A stretch of DNA of 55,693 nt from Microcoleaceae cyanobacterium (GCA_051652765.1 JBOFUV010000037.1:1-55693); one strand, 5' to 3'; positions 1 to 8,771 are shown, counted from the first letter of the stretch. A program made the numbers and translations. Notes: a model not told the origin generated them from the sequence alone.

Positions 1-44
1 GGAGAGTTCCTTCGAAGTCAGGGCAGCGATCGCCATTAACCCTG

Positions 45-611
45 ATGGTATTGGTGATCTGTCCTGGAATCCATGAACCTGGTTTAACTGAAGAATTTCT
101 CTATGGACTAGACTCAACTGCTAGTACTGACTCATTAACGTTGGAGCTAGTTCTGGTTTTTCCGACGGAAGAGTACCCGGCCTATTCGAGTTGGGAGATT
201 GTTAACTTCTTGCAACATAACTTGCAAACTGATTCTCCTTTGGCCACTACAGTAACCTTCCTTAGCTTCAGTGCTGGAGTTGTGGGGGCAATGGGCGCTG
301 CTTGGATTTGGCAGGGATTGGGCGGTCAGGTGAAGGCTCTGATTGCGATTGATGGTTGGGGAGTTCCCCGGTTGGGGAATTTCCCCTGTTATCGTCTAAG
401 TCATGATGCCTTTACCCACTGGAGTTCTTCTCTGCTCGGGACTGGGGATGAAAGTTTCTATGCCGATCCTGGGGTAGAACATTTGAGGGTGTGGCGATCG
501 CCTCACACTGTTCAGGGATGGTGGTTGCATCAAAATTCTGCCGGGATTGCAACAGCTTCTCCGACTACTGCTGCCAGAGTTATTCGCGGGTGGTTGGGCC
601 AGGGGTGCTAA
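45..611 (+). CDS. Conserved cyanobacterial alpha/beta-hydrolase-fold protein
   Basis: 188-aa ORF; S-F-S-A-G nucleophile-elbow-like motif followed by 'ALIAIDGWG' strand; contains a HIP1 site. Confidence 0.6.
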   Translation: MVLVICPGIHEPGLTEEFLYGLDSTASTDSLTLELVLVFPTEEYPAYSSWEIVNFLQHNLQTDSPLATTVTFLSFSAGVVGAMGAAWIWQGLGGQVKALIAIDGWGVPRLGNFPCYRLSHDAFTHWSSSLLGTGDESFYADPGVEHLRVWRSPHTVQGWWLHQNSAGIATASPTTAARVIRGWLGQGC

Positions 612-759
612 GATTTCATCGGTCAGACATCAAACTTTTGGTTGTAAGCCTCTAGTCAGAATGCTTCAAACTATATACTTAAGGTTAGAGATTATCGCAC
701 CTTTTGAGTTCTGTTTTAAGCAGCCAGAGATCGCAATCTTTACAAGAAGGCTTGGTGCA

Positions 760-1830
760 ATGGTTCAAAAAATTGCCTTATTCAACCACAAGGGCGGAGT
801 TAGTAAGACTACAACCACATTCAACCTGGGCTGGATGCTCGCCTCAAAAGGGAAAAGAGTGATTCTGGTGGACAGCGATCCGCAATGTAATCTCACAGGC
901 ATGGCTTTGGGAGAGGAAACCGAGGATGACGAGGCGAGAATTCAAGAAATCTACAATACAACTTCAAATATAAAGACAGGATTGGCTCCTGCATTTGAGT
1001 CACAACCAAGAGCAATTGAAGCGGTTGATTGTATTCCAGTACAAGGTCGGGATGATTTATTTTTATTGCCTGGTCATGTTGGTTTTGCTGAGTATGAAGT
1101 GACACTTGGTATTGCTCAAGAGCTAAGTGGTTCAATTCAAGCTCTTAAGAACTTACCAGGTTCTATCAATGATTTGCTTGAGAAAACAGCAGCTAAGTTT
1201 AATGCAGACTATATTTTGATTGATATGAGTCCTAGCTTAGGCTCAATTAACCAGAATCTGCTGATGATCAGCGACTTCTTCTTAGTACCTACTACTGCTG
1301 ATTTTTTCTCTGTAATGGCAATTGATTCTTTGGCTAAGGTTCTGCCAAGATGGTATGCCTGGGCTAAGTCAGCAGGTTCACTTCAAATTCTAAGAGAGGC
1401 TAATTATCCGTTTCCTGATGTTAATCTGCGTTTCCTAGGAATAATCGTTCAGAACTATCGAATTATCCGAGGTAAAGAAACTGCTGCGTTTCAAACCTGG
1501 ATTAGAAAAATTGAGGAAGCCGTTTCTAATAAGTTGATCCCAACCCTGAGGAAGAGCAATATGATGCTGCCAATCCAAGCTTACAGGGAGCAGGGAATTC
1601 AGGAAAATCTCTCTCTTGCAAAAATTTCAAACTTCAATAGTCTGATTGCTCTATCCCAGGAACATCGAACCCCAGTTTATGCCTTAAGCCCTCAGCAGCT
1701 AGGACAAACAGGAATTGTTCTGACGGCAAATCAAACGAAACAGGAAGAGTTCAGACAAACTTTTTCAGATTTGGCAGATAAAATCATTGCACTAAGTTCC
1801 GAAAGCTCCACCTATGCAGTCAGCGCTTGA
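760..1830 (+). CDS. ParA/Soj-family (SIMIBI) ATPase
   Basis: Deviant Walker A 'NHKGGVSKTT', 'LVDSDPQCNLT', Walker B region 'YILIDMSPSLG'. Start placed at ATG 760 (MVQKIALF) rather than 547 because the P-loop strand begins there. Confidence 0.9.
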   Translation: MVQKIALFNHKGGVSKTTTTFNLGWMLASKGKRVILVDSDPQCNLTGMALGEETEDDEARIQEIYNTTSNIKTGLAPAFESQPRAIEAVDCIPVQGRDDLFLLPGHVGFAEYEVTLGIAQELSGSIQALKNLPGSINDLLEKTAAKFNADYILIDMSPSLGSINQNLLMISDFFLVPTTADFFSVMAIDSLAKVLPRWYAWAKSAGSLQILREANYPFPDVNLRFLGIIVQNYRIIRGKETAAFQTWIRKIEEAVSNKLIPTLRKSNMMLPIQAYREQGIQENLSLAKISNFNSLIALSQEHRTPVYALSPQQLGQTGIVLTANQTKQEEFRQTFSDLADKIIALSSESSTYAVSA

Positions 1831-2563
1831 CCAATTTCGCATCAGCATTGGCCGCGTCCAAGACCTAATTGCACTTCATAATTCTGTCAAAGCTCAAGCC
1901 ACTGGGGCACTTGATGTCTCAGATATGTTACGTGCTGCGTTGGTTCTTGCTGTGAGTGCATTGGATTATTACGTGCATGAAGTTGTAACATTGGGAATGC
2001 TAGAAATCCATCGAGGACAACGTTCTGAGCCAGCTAGTTCCGCAAACACAACTCAATCGGCATTCTCACGCTTTCAAGTATCGTTGGGTGGCGCACGTCA
2101 AGATCGCCTAATAGCGATTGATATTGCCTCTTGGCTTGAAAATGAAATTCAACAAACTCAAGGGTATGCATTTCTCCAGCAATCCTATACAGTTTCAGCC
2201 TTGATCCCCGCAATATCGAATAGCATCGTGAATAGGCTAAATACTACGTCTTGGTTAGAGGCTGAGATTCGGGAGCGTCTGGGATATCAGAGCTTTCAAC
2301 AAGCAGACAAAATTGCCGATGCAATCAGATACATCTCAGATAAAAAATTGTGGGATGAGGTAGCTATCGAGATCAATAAGCCTGCGAAAGATATTAAACA
2401 GCAATTGAATTCAATTGTTGATCGGAGAAATAAAATTGCTCATGAAGCCGACATAGATCCAACTTTTAATATTGGAGGTCGATGGAACATTGATGAGGTA
2501 CTTGTTGGTGATGCAGTTGACTTTATTGCAATGCTTGTTGAGAGTATCCATCAAGTGCTATGA
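1814..2563 (+). CDS. HEPN-domain protein (RiboL-PSP-HEPN/MAE_18760-like), putative endoribonuclease
   Basis: N-terminal HEPN-type helix 'DMLRAALVLAVSALDYYVHE' and C-terminal RxxxxH motif 'RNKIAH' (2426-2443); overlaps the ParA gene by 17 nt. Confidence 0.8.
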   Translation: MQSALDQFRISIGRVQDLIALHNSVKAQATGALDVSDMLRAALVLAVSALDYYVHEVVTLGMLEIHRGQRSEPASSANTTQSAFSRFQVSLGGARQDRLIAIDIASWLENEIQQTQGYAFLQQSYTVSALIPAISNSIVNRLNTTSWLEAEIRERLGYQSFQQADKIADAIRYISDKKLWDEVAIEINKPAKDIKQQLNSIVDRRNKIAHEADIDPTFNIGGRWNIDEVLVGDAVDFIAMLVESIHQVL

Positions 2564-2597
2564 AAATAGCTTGTGGTAAGCTAAGCCAATGAGCTGA

Positions 2598-2669
2598 TCC
2601 GATTAGACATCAGAGCTTGTTGCTACCATAGCAGAAGCTATCAACTGCTGCTCAATCGGAACGTTAGAT
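2598..2669 (+). other. attC-like imperfect inverted repeat (possible degenerate integron cassette recombination site)
   Basis: TCCGATT (2598-2604) pairs with AATCGGA (2654-2660); inner arms AGCTTGTTGCTA/TAGCAGAAGCT; ends in GTTAGAT (GTTRRRY, 2663-2669); no clean RYYYAAC on the left. Confidence 0.4.
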
Positions 2670-2697
2670 TCTGAATCCCAAGAGGGTCTTTATCTCA

Positions 2698-2723
2698 TTG
2701 CATCTGAACAAAAATTGCTGTAT
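2698..2723. repeat. Partial copy of dispersed repeat (core CATCTGAACAAAAA)
   Basis: TTGCATCTGAACAAAAATTGCTGTAT matches the ends of the copies at 8565-8648 and 50844-50935. Confidence 0.7.
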
Positions 2724-2904
2724 CTCCCCTAGACTTTCCTGAACTTGAAGTTTCAATCGATCGACTGTTCGCTTAAAGCCCTACAATAGTCTTTCAGATC
2801 AAAAATTGATTAGTTGCCAAAATTAATTGCACACGTTAGATCGGGTGAAGGTGTTGAAATAGCCACAATTCCATCTTCTATCAAGCCAGATTGCCAAACC
2901 TTTT

Positions 2905-4047
2905 ATGATTGAAGTCGAAAACCTTTGTAAAATTTACGGCTCCATACCAGCCCTGCAAGATGTTTCTTTTGCGGTGGAGCCTGGAGAGATTTTGGGCTTC
3001 CTTGGCCCCAATGGTGCGGGGAAAACCACAACCCTGCGAATTTTATCCGGCTACCTACCTGCCACCAGCGGAACCGCTCGGATTGCAGGCTATGACGTGC
3101 ATGAACAGTCCATGGCAGTGCGGCAACGGATTGGTTATCTCCCTGAATCGCCACCCCTGTACCCAGACATGACGGTAGAAGGGTTCCTGCATTTTGTGGC
3201 TCGGATCAAGCGGGTGAGCGCGGGCGATCGCCGTCTTCGAGTCGATGCCGCGATTAAACGGTGTGGGTTAGTCGATCGGCGCAAGTCCCTGATTCACAAG
3301 TTGTCCAAGGGCTATCGTCAACGGGTTGGCATTGCTCAAGCGATTGTTCATGATCCCCCGGTCATTGTCTTGGATGAACCAACGGTAGGGCTTGATCCTC
3401 GTCAAATTATTGAAGTTCGGAATCTGATCAAAAGCTTGGCTGGAGATCATACGATTGTGCTTTCGACTCATATTCTGCCAGAAGTCAATATGATCTGTAA
3501 TCGGGTGGCTATTATCAATCGCGGTCAAGTGGTTGCCACAGGATCGCCGGACGCACTGATGGAAGAGTTAACAGCGGGAGCGGGCTATGAGTTAGAAGTG
3601 GATGAAGGGGTAACCCTAGCGCAAATGCAGGGAATTGGGGAAGTTGCCGGAGTGCGGTTTTGGGAACGATTACCCAACCAGCCCCAAGAACAGCGCCAAG
3701 GGATCAAGGTAGTCTGTGACCCCAATATTGAAGTCGGGCCAGGATTGGTTGTGGCCTTTGCCCAGTCAGGGTTGAATCTTTATGAGATGCGACGTACCCG
3801 TGCTAGTTTGGAGGATGTGTTTTTGCAACTGACTACCCAACCAGAACCCCCCCGACAGGAGACCTGGCAACCAGTCCCAGAGGAAGCGGTTACAACCCAT
3901 CGTGTTCCGGCGGCAGACCTGGAGGATGAACTGAAAATGGTAACGGACGAACCCTATGGGCAGGACGAAAATTATTCTGACGTTAAATCCGCACCCAATG
4001 AATTGCATGAATCATCAGACAATCAACAATATTCCGATCAAACTTAA
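2905..4047 (+). CDS. ABC-2 type transporter ATP-binding protein (GldA-like) with acidic C-terminal tail
   Basis: Walker A GPNGAGKT, signature LSKGYRQR, Walker B VLDEP, H-loop STH. Confidence 0.95.
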   Translation: MIEVENLCKIYGSIPALQDVSFAVEPGEILGFLGPNGAGKTTTLRILSGYLPATSGTARIAGYDVHEQSMAVRQRIGYLPESPPLYPDMTVEGFLHFVARIKRVSAGDRRLRVDAAIKRCGLVDRRKSLIHKLSKGYRQRVGIAQAIVHDPPVIVLDEPTVGLDPRQIIEVRNLIKSLAGDHTIVLSTHILPEVNMICNRVAIINRGQVVATGSPDALMEELTAGAGYELEVDEGVTLAQMQGIGEVAGVRFWERLPNQPQEQRQGIKVVCDPNIEVGPGLVVAFAQSGLNLYEMRRTRASLEDVFLQLTTQPEPPRQETWQPVPEEAVTTHRVPAADLEDELKMVTDEPYGQDENYSDVKSAPNELHESSDNQQYSDQT

Positions 4048-4180
4048 AGCTGCCCAACAAATCTTCGTCCTCTTATCCCTAAAGCTCTTCTTCCCCGAAA
4101 GACCAAGGAACTTCAGGCAAAAATCTTAACAAGATTTAAGCGTTCAGACTTAAGATTTTAGACTTCAACCCTCAGACTCG

Positions 4181-4236
4181 GAATTTCACTCTAAGAATTT
4201 CACTCTAAGAATTGCATTCTAAGAGTTTCATGCTCA
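4181..4236. repeat. 14-bp tandem repeat x4 (GAATTTCACTCTAA, degenerating)
   Basis: Copies start at 4181, 4195, 4209 and 4223. Confidence 0.85.
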
Positions 4237-4266
4237 GAATCTATGCAGCCTTCTGAAGGTTTCACT

Positions 4267-4305
4267 CTTAAAGTCTCATTCTTAAAGTCTCATTCTTAAA
4301 GTCTC
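4267..4305. repeat. 14-bp tandem repeat x2.8 (CTTAAAGTCTCATT)
   Basis: Copies start at 4267, 4281 and 4295. Confidence 0.85.
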
Positions 4306-4425
4306 GGTCAAAAATTGTCAAAAATTCAAAGGTTAACGTCTGAATGACTTAGAAACGCCGCCCGCTCCAATGATTCACGTCTAGCTTTTATTCCCAACTG
4401 TTGTCCCCAACTTTTATTTCCAATT

Positions 4426-5229
4426 ATGCTAGTCATTTTCAACAACATTCTGGCGATCTACCGAAGAGAATTTCAAAGTTACTTTGGATCGCCCCTTGCC
4501 TATGTGATTGCCGGGGTATTTTGGTTGCTCATGGGGTATTTTCTAATTGCGATTCTGTTAGGCCCCCAGGGCTTGATTCAACAGGTAGCTTATCTGGATC
4601 AAATTGGCGCGACTCAGGACTCTCCGGTTGACTTGCCCTATCAATTTTTACAGACATTTCTCCAGGTCATGGGATCAATGTCGTTGTTTATTCTACCGAT
4701 GCTTTCCATGGGACTCTATACGGAGGAACGCAAGCGAGGAACCCTGGAATTGTTGGCAACTTCACCGATTACCAATTGGGCTGTTGCAATTGGAAAGTTA
4801 GGAGGAGTATTGACTTTTTTCTTCACCATGATGTTCCCTTTGTTTGTCTTTGAAGGTATTGCCCTAAGCGGAGCTGAACCGCCGATGTCTCCAGCAATTT
4901 TTCTTGTGGCCCATGGGGGATTGGTGCTGCTGGCCGCTGGCGTTTTATCCTTAGGAATGTTTATTTCTTCGCTGACCAACAGCACAATTTTAGCCGCAAT
5001 TTTAACTTTTGCCCTAGTCTTATTTTTGTGGGTAATCGACTTAATTGGCGGTAGTATTGGTGGCGGAATTGGCAATGCTTTTACTCATCTTTCCTTGATT
5101 TCTAACTACTCAAAACTCGTGCGCGGAACCCTAGATACTGGTAGCTTAGTTCTATTTGCAAGCTACATTGTTCTGGGAGTCTTTTTAACTGCCCAATCTA
5201 TTGATGCCCTTCGTTTCCAACGATCCTAG
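4426..5229 (+). CDS. ABC-2 type transporter permease (GldF-like)
   Basis: About six hydrophobic segments; 'EERKRGTLELLATSP' motif. Confidence 0.9.
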   Translation: MLVIFNNILAIYRREFQSYFGSPLAYVIAGVFWLLMGYFLIAILLGPQGLIQQVAYLDQIGATQDSPVDLPYQFLQTFLQVMGSMSLFILPMLSMGLYTEERKRGTLELLATSPITNWAVAIGKLGGVLTFFFTMMFPLFVFEGIALSGAEPPMSPAIFLVAHGGLVLLAAGVLSLGMFISSLTNSTILAAILTFALVLFLWVIDLIGGSIGGGIGNAFTHLSLISNYSKLVRGTLDTGSLVLFASYIVLGVFLTAQSIDALRFQRS

Positions 5230-5234
5230 GTGCT

Positions 5235-6998
5235 ATGCGGAACATAAATCAAACAACAAATCAAACAGCAAATCAAGTTAACTGGGAATTTTTAAAATAT
5301 ATTTTCTGGTTGGGGCCTGCCCTAACGTTGACGGGACTCACCACGGGCTTTGTCTCTGGGATTTGGTTTCCTGAGGCCCTCTCATTTCTGATTTCAGGAT
5401 TAGTGATTACGGGGCTGTGGTACTTATTTCAAGCCTACTTTCAGCAGGGCGGCGCTCTCAAACAGTCCTATTGGAGTCGTCGTTCGACCCAGGCTGGAAC
5501 TAACGCCTTGGCTGCAACCGTTGCCGTGTTGGCAATTTTAGGGTTGCTCAATTTTTTGGCCGCTCGCAATTCCGTTCAAGTTGACTTAACAGAAAATCAA
5601 CAGTTCACCCTTGCCCCCCAAACCCAAACCTTGGTTAAAACCTTGGAACAGCCCGTTAAGGTCTGGGTGTTTGACCAAACTCAAAATGCTCAAACGAGAG
5701 CGTTGTTGGATAGCTACCGTCAGCTCGACCCAGAACGGATTAGCTATGAATTCATTGATCCTCAGGTGAAACCGGGCATCGCTGAGGAGTTTGGGGTGAA
5801 GGATTTTGGCGAAATTTACCTGGAGTCAGGGACAAAACGCCAGTCCATCCGCAAGGAGGGAATCGAACCCCTGACAGAAGTCCAGCTCACCAACGACATT
5901 GAACAGCTATTGAGCGATCGCACTTTCAAAGCTTACTTTCTTCAGGGCCACGGTGAGCGTCCTCTCACAGCAGGACAGGGCGGGATTCAGGAAGCGGTGA
6001 AGGCATTAGAGGAAAAAAACTTTATCATTGCAGATCTGAACCTAGCCCAAGCGTCCAGCATTCCCCAAGATGCTGATTTAATTGTGGTTGCCAGTCCTCA
6101 ACGCCAGTTATTTGCAGGAGAAGTTACAGCGCTCCAGCAATTTCTGAACCAAGGGAAAGGAGTCCTACTGCTGATTGACCCCAAGGTCAACCATGGTTTA
6201 GAGCCGTTGCTGGAAGAGTGGGGGGTGAAATTGGATAATCGATTGGCCATTGATGCCACAGGCAGTGGGAATTTAGTGGGACTGGGGCCAACGGTTCCGA
6301 TTGTGCGGGAGTATGGAGACCATCCCATTACCCAAGACTTTAGGGGCGGGATTTCGTTCTATCCCTATGCTCGTCCTGTGGAAACTCGCCCGATAGCAGG
6401 TGTGACCGAAAGTCCACTGATTTGGACAAATGATCAAAGTTGGGCCGAGAGTGATTTGGCCGGTCAGAACGTAGAATTCAATCCAGGGCGCGATCGCCAA
6501 GGCCCTTTATCCTTAGGCGTTGCTCTCACCCGAACCGTTGAGCCAAACCCAATCAGTCAAACGACGATAGAGAATTCAGGCGATTCACTGGTTCAGAGTC
6601 CGCAAGGTGAAGAAGGGACTTCAAATATTTCAACGCCAGCAACTCCCAAACCTTCCTCTACTCAACCGGAGAACCCTAAGTCAACAGAAACCCTAGGTTC
6701 AGATCCCCTAGGGCCAGACAGCAAACCCTCTGAGGCCCGTTTAGTCGTAGTTGGTAATTCCCAATTTGCAACTAACGGTTGGTTTGGTCAACAATTGAAC
6801 GGTGATGTTTTCATCAATTCAGTCAATTGGCTCAGCAAATCTGACCGGGAAACCCTATCGATTCGTCCCAAACCCATGACTAACCGCCGGATTGCGATGA
6901 CCCCCATGTTAGGTCGTGCCCTCAGTTGGAGCGCCTTAGTGGTTCTACCCCTGTTTGCCTTCTTGATGGCGGGACTCCTGTGGTGGAAGCGACGCTAG
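5235..6998 (+). CDS. GldG-family ABC transporter auxiliary/periplasmic component
   Basis: N-terminal TMs, 'DLTENQQFTL', 'YFLQGHGE', 'RLVVVGNSQF', C-terminal TM ending WWKRR; Pro/Ser/Thr-rich insertion near the C-terminus. Confidence 0.9.
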   Translation: MRNINQTTNQTANQVNWEFLKYIFWLGPALTLTGLTTGFVSGIWFPEALSFLISGLVITGLWYLFQAYFQQGGALKQSYWSRRSTQAGTNALAATVAVLAILGLLNFLAARNSVQVDLTENQQFTLAPQTQTLVKTLEQPVKVWVFDQTQNAQTRALLDSYRQLDPERISYEFIDPQVKPGIAEEFGVKDFGEIYLESGTKRQSIRKEGIEPLTEVQLTNDIEQLLSDRTFKAYFLQGHGERPLTAGQGGIQEAVKALEEKNFIIADLNLAQASSIPQDADLIVVASPQRQLFAGEVTALQQFLNQGKGVLLLIDPKVNHGLEPLLEEWGVKLDNRLAIDATGSGNLVGLGPTVPIVREYGDHPITQDFRGGISFYPYARPVETRPIAGVTESPLIWTNDQSWAESDLAGQNVEFNPGRDRQGPLSLGVALTRTVEPNPISQTTIENSGDSLVQSPQGEEGTSNISTPATPKPSSTQPENPKSTETLGSDPLGPDSKPSEARLVVVGNSQFATNGWFGQQLNGDVFINSVNWLSKSDRETLSIRPKPMTNRRIAMTPMLGRALSWSALVVLPLFAFLMAGLLWWKRR

Positions 6999-7032
6999 GG
7001 GTTGTCTAGACCAAAACCTCTGTAGTAATTTT

Positions 7033-7090
7033 GTAGGTTAGGTAGAACCATTGAACCCAAGGTCTTAGGCTCCGGCTCAGGTCTAACCCG
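7033..7090. repeat. Degenerate GTAG-type REP-like element
   Basis: GTAGGTTAGGTAGAACCATTGAACCCAA resembles the common cyanobacterial GTAGGTTGGG..AACCCAAC repeat; related copy at 32484-32556. Confidence 0.4.
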
Positions 7091-7129
7091 ATTAGCTTTG
7101 GCCCCTCACAAGTAATCACTCACACAATC

Positions 7130-7813
7130 ATGAAACTGCAACAATCGACTCTAATTTTGATGGTGCTGGCTTTGGGTCTAGGTGGATACGTTTATCTAGC
7201 TGAAATTCGTGGGGGTGAAAAACAGGCGGAAATTGCTAGTCAAGACCAGCAAATTTTTACCTTTTCCCGAGATGAGGTTCAGGCTCTAACTGTAAAAACT
7301 CCCAACCAGACGGTGACGATCGAGCGAGTTGGGGAAGGAGCAGAAGCCAAAAAATCCCCATGGAAAATAATCGCTCCGGTTCAATCTCTAGCGAACCAAG
7401 CTGCAGTGGATGAACTCCTGAGACAACTGACCAGTAGTCCTAGTTTGTCTTCTGATCCTGAGAGTTCAGATACCGCAGGAACTCGTAGAATAACCGTTAA
7501 ACCCGAAGAACTTGGAGAATACGGCCTAGACCGTTCTGGGAACGAAGTTGAACTGAAGCTGAAAAACTCAGAAACTTACCGTCTTGTATTTGGTAAAACG
7601 GACTTCAGCAATACCTCAATGTATGCTCAAGTTGATCCTGCCCCGGCAGTGCCAGAGGGAGTGTCTGTTTTTGTGATTCCGGCCTCTGTCCTAGGTGCTG
7701 CCTCCCTGACTGTAGACCAGTGGAAGTTGACTGAACCTGAAATCAGCTCACCGAAACTTGAACCCAACCCTAAAACTTCTCCCAAGTCAGAAAGCTTGAT
7801 CGAAAAACCATAA
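7130..7813 (+). CDS. DUF4340-type membrane-anchored protein associated with Gld-like ABC operon
   Basis: N-terminal TM, 'W-I-AP...AN..AV..LL' and 'EYGLD' motifs; typical position after gldG-like gene. Confidence 0.75.
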   Translation: MKLQQSTLILMVLALGLGGYVYLAEIRGGEKQAEIASQDQQIFTFSRDEVQALTVKTPNQTVTIERVGEGAEAKKSPWKIIAPVQSLANQAAVDELLRQLTSSPSLSSDPESSDTAGTRRITVKPEELGEYGLDRSGNEVELKLKNSETYRLVFGKTDFSNTSMYAQVDPAPAVPEGVSVFVIPASVLGAASLTVDQWKLTEPEISSPKLEPNPKTSPKSESLIEKP

Positions 7814-7919
7814 GATATTCTTAGCAATCAGTGCGAGCTTCCCATTAGCGTTGAAAGCTCGCACCGCATCCCAGTTCTAAACTGCCCTAAAATCTGCCCT
7901 AAAATGATCCTAGGGAATC

Positions 7920-8105
7920 CTAAGGAGTCGCAGGTGTCGTCGGGGTCGCTGCTGGAGAAGCCTCGGGCGCTGGTGGAGCGGCCTCTGGAGTTGCTGTGGT
8001 GTCTGCTGGTGGAGCAGCTTCCTGGGTTGTGGTGGGCTGACAAGCTGCAAGAGCAACCGCAGAAATAAGAGTTAGAGCACTGAACAAAAGCGTGAATCGT
8101 TTCAT
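7920..8105 (-). CDS. Small Pro/Ala/Thr-rich lipoprotein (61 aa)
   Basis: MKR + hydrophobic core + lipobox LAAC; AAGGAG ribosome binding site upstream. Confidence 0.75.
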   Translation of the reverse strand: MKRFTLLFSALTLISAVALAACQPTTTQEAAPPADTTATPEAAPPAPEASPAATPTTPATP

Positions 8106-8564
8106 TTTTTCTCCTTACAATGGTCTAGTCAACTAAATTAATCTAGTGAGGATGTGAGAGGTTGTCAACCTTTAGCCTGAAATTTCTAAGGGTTTGATCC
8201 GACCCGAAAAGTAGAGTGTAGACGAATTCAGACCTAGTAGCGTCAGTCACATAACACCCTATCTGACACACAAAGGCTTTACCCCTAAACACCTTTGCTG
8301 AGAACTCGCTGATCTCTTTCCGATCTGCGTGATTTAAATTTTCAACCCTAACCTCTAAGTATATGAAACTATAAGATTTTTGTAAAGCCTTCTGCCGCGA
8401 AAATATAAATTCTGTGAATAAAGTTAGAGGGAAAAGGTTAGGCAGGTTAGGCAGTCAGTGAAAGGTCATCAAGCTTATTTGGATCAGTGTTAAAGACACT
8501 GACAGCGGTTTTAGGATTAAGGTTTTTCAATGAGTGAGAGAGATCTCAGCCATTCAATTCTTTC

Positions 8565-8648
8565 TTTTCTAGACGCTGAGCGGCTTCGCGTTAGAGTAGG
8601 AGGAATTAGGGCGATCGCTCAGTATTGCATCTGAACAAAAACAGCTAC
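8565..8648. repeat. Dispersed composite repeat, copy 1
   Basis: Aligns over about 85 bp with 50844-50935; contains a HIP1 site. Confidence 0.8.
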
Positions 8649-8677
8649 AACTGGATTTGGATGAAAAGATATCTCCC

Positions 8678-8709
8678 AAAAAAGAGCTGCCCTTCAATCA
8701 AGGACAGCT
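8678..8709 (-). terminator. Rho-independent terminator of the 65-aa gene
   Basis: Minus strand AGCTGTCCTT-GATTG-AAGGGCAGCT then CTTTTTT, about 60 nt after the stop at 8772. Confidence 0.65.
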
Positions 8710-8771
8710 AAAAATAGAGAATTTATTCACAGTGTTCTAAAACGTTTTAAAACTTTTGTATTCTGCTTTGA

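Noticed and set aside
26..33. Recurrent GCGATCGC octamer as a novel motif
   Set aside because: This is the established cyanobacterial HIP1 sequence; used only as a taxonomic clue.
547..759. 71-codon N-terminal extension of the ParA ORF in the ORF track
   Set aside because: Overlaps the upstream gene and precedes the natural ParA N-terminus (MVQKIALF); ATG 760 is the more plausible start.
760..1830. Chromosome or plasmid partition locus
   Set aside because: No parB, parS-like array or replication gene nearby; the partner is a HEPN protein.
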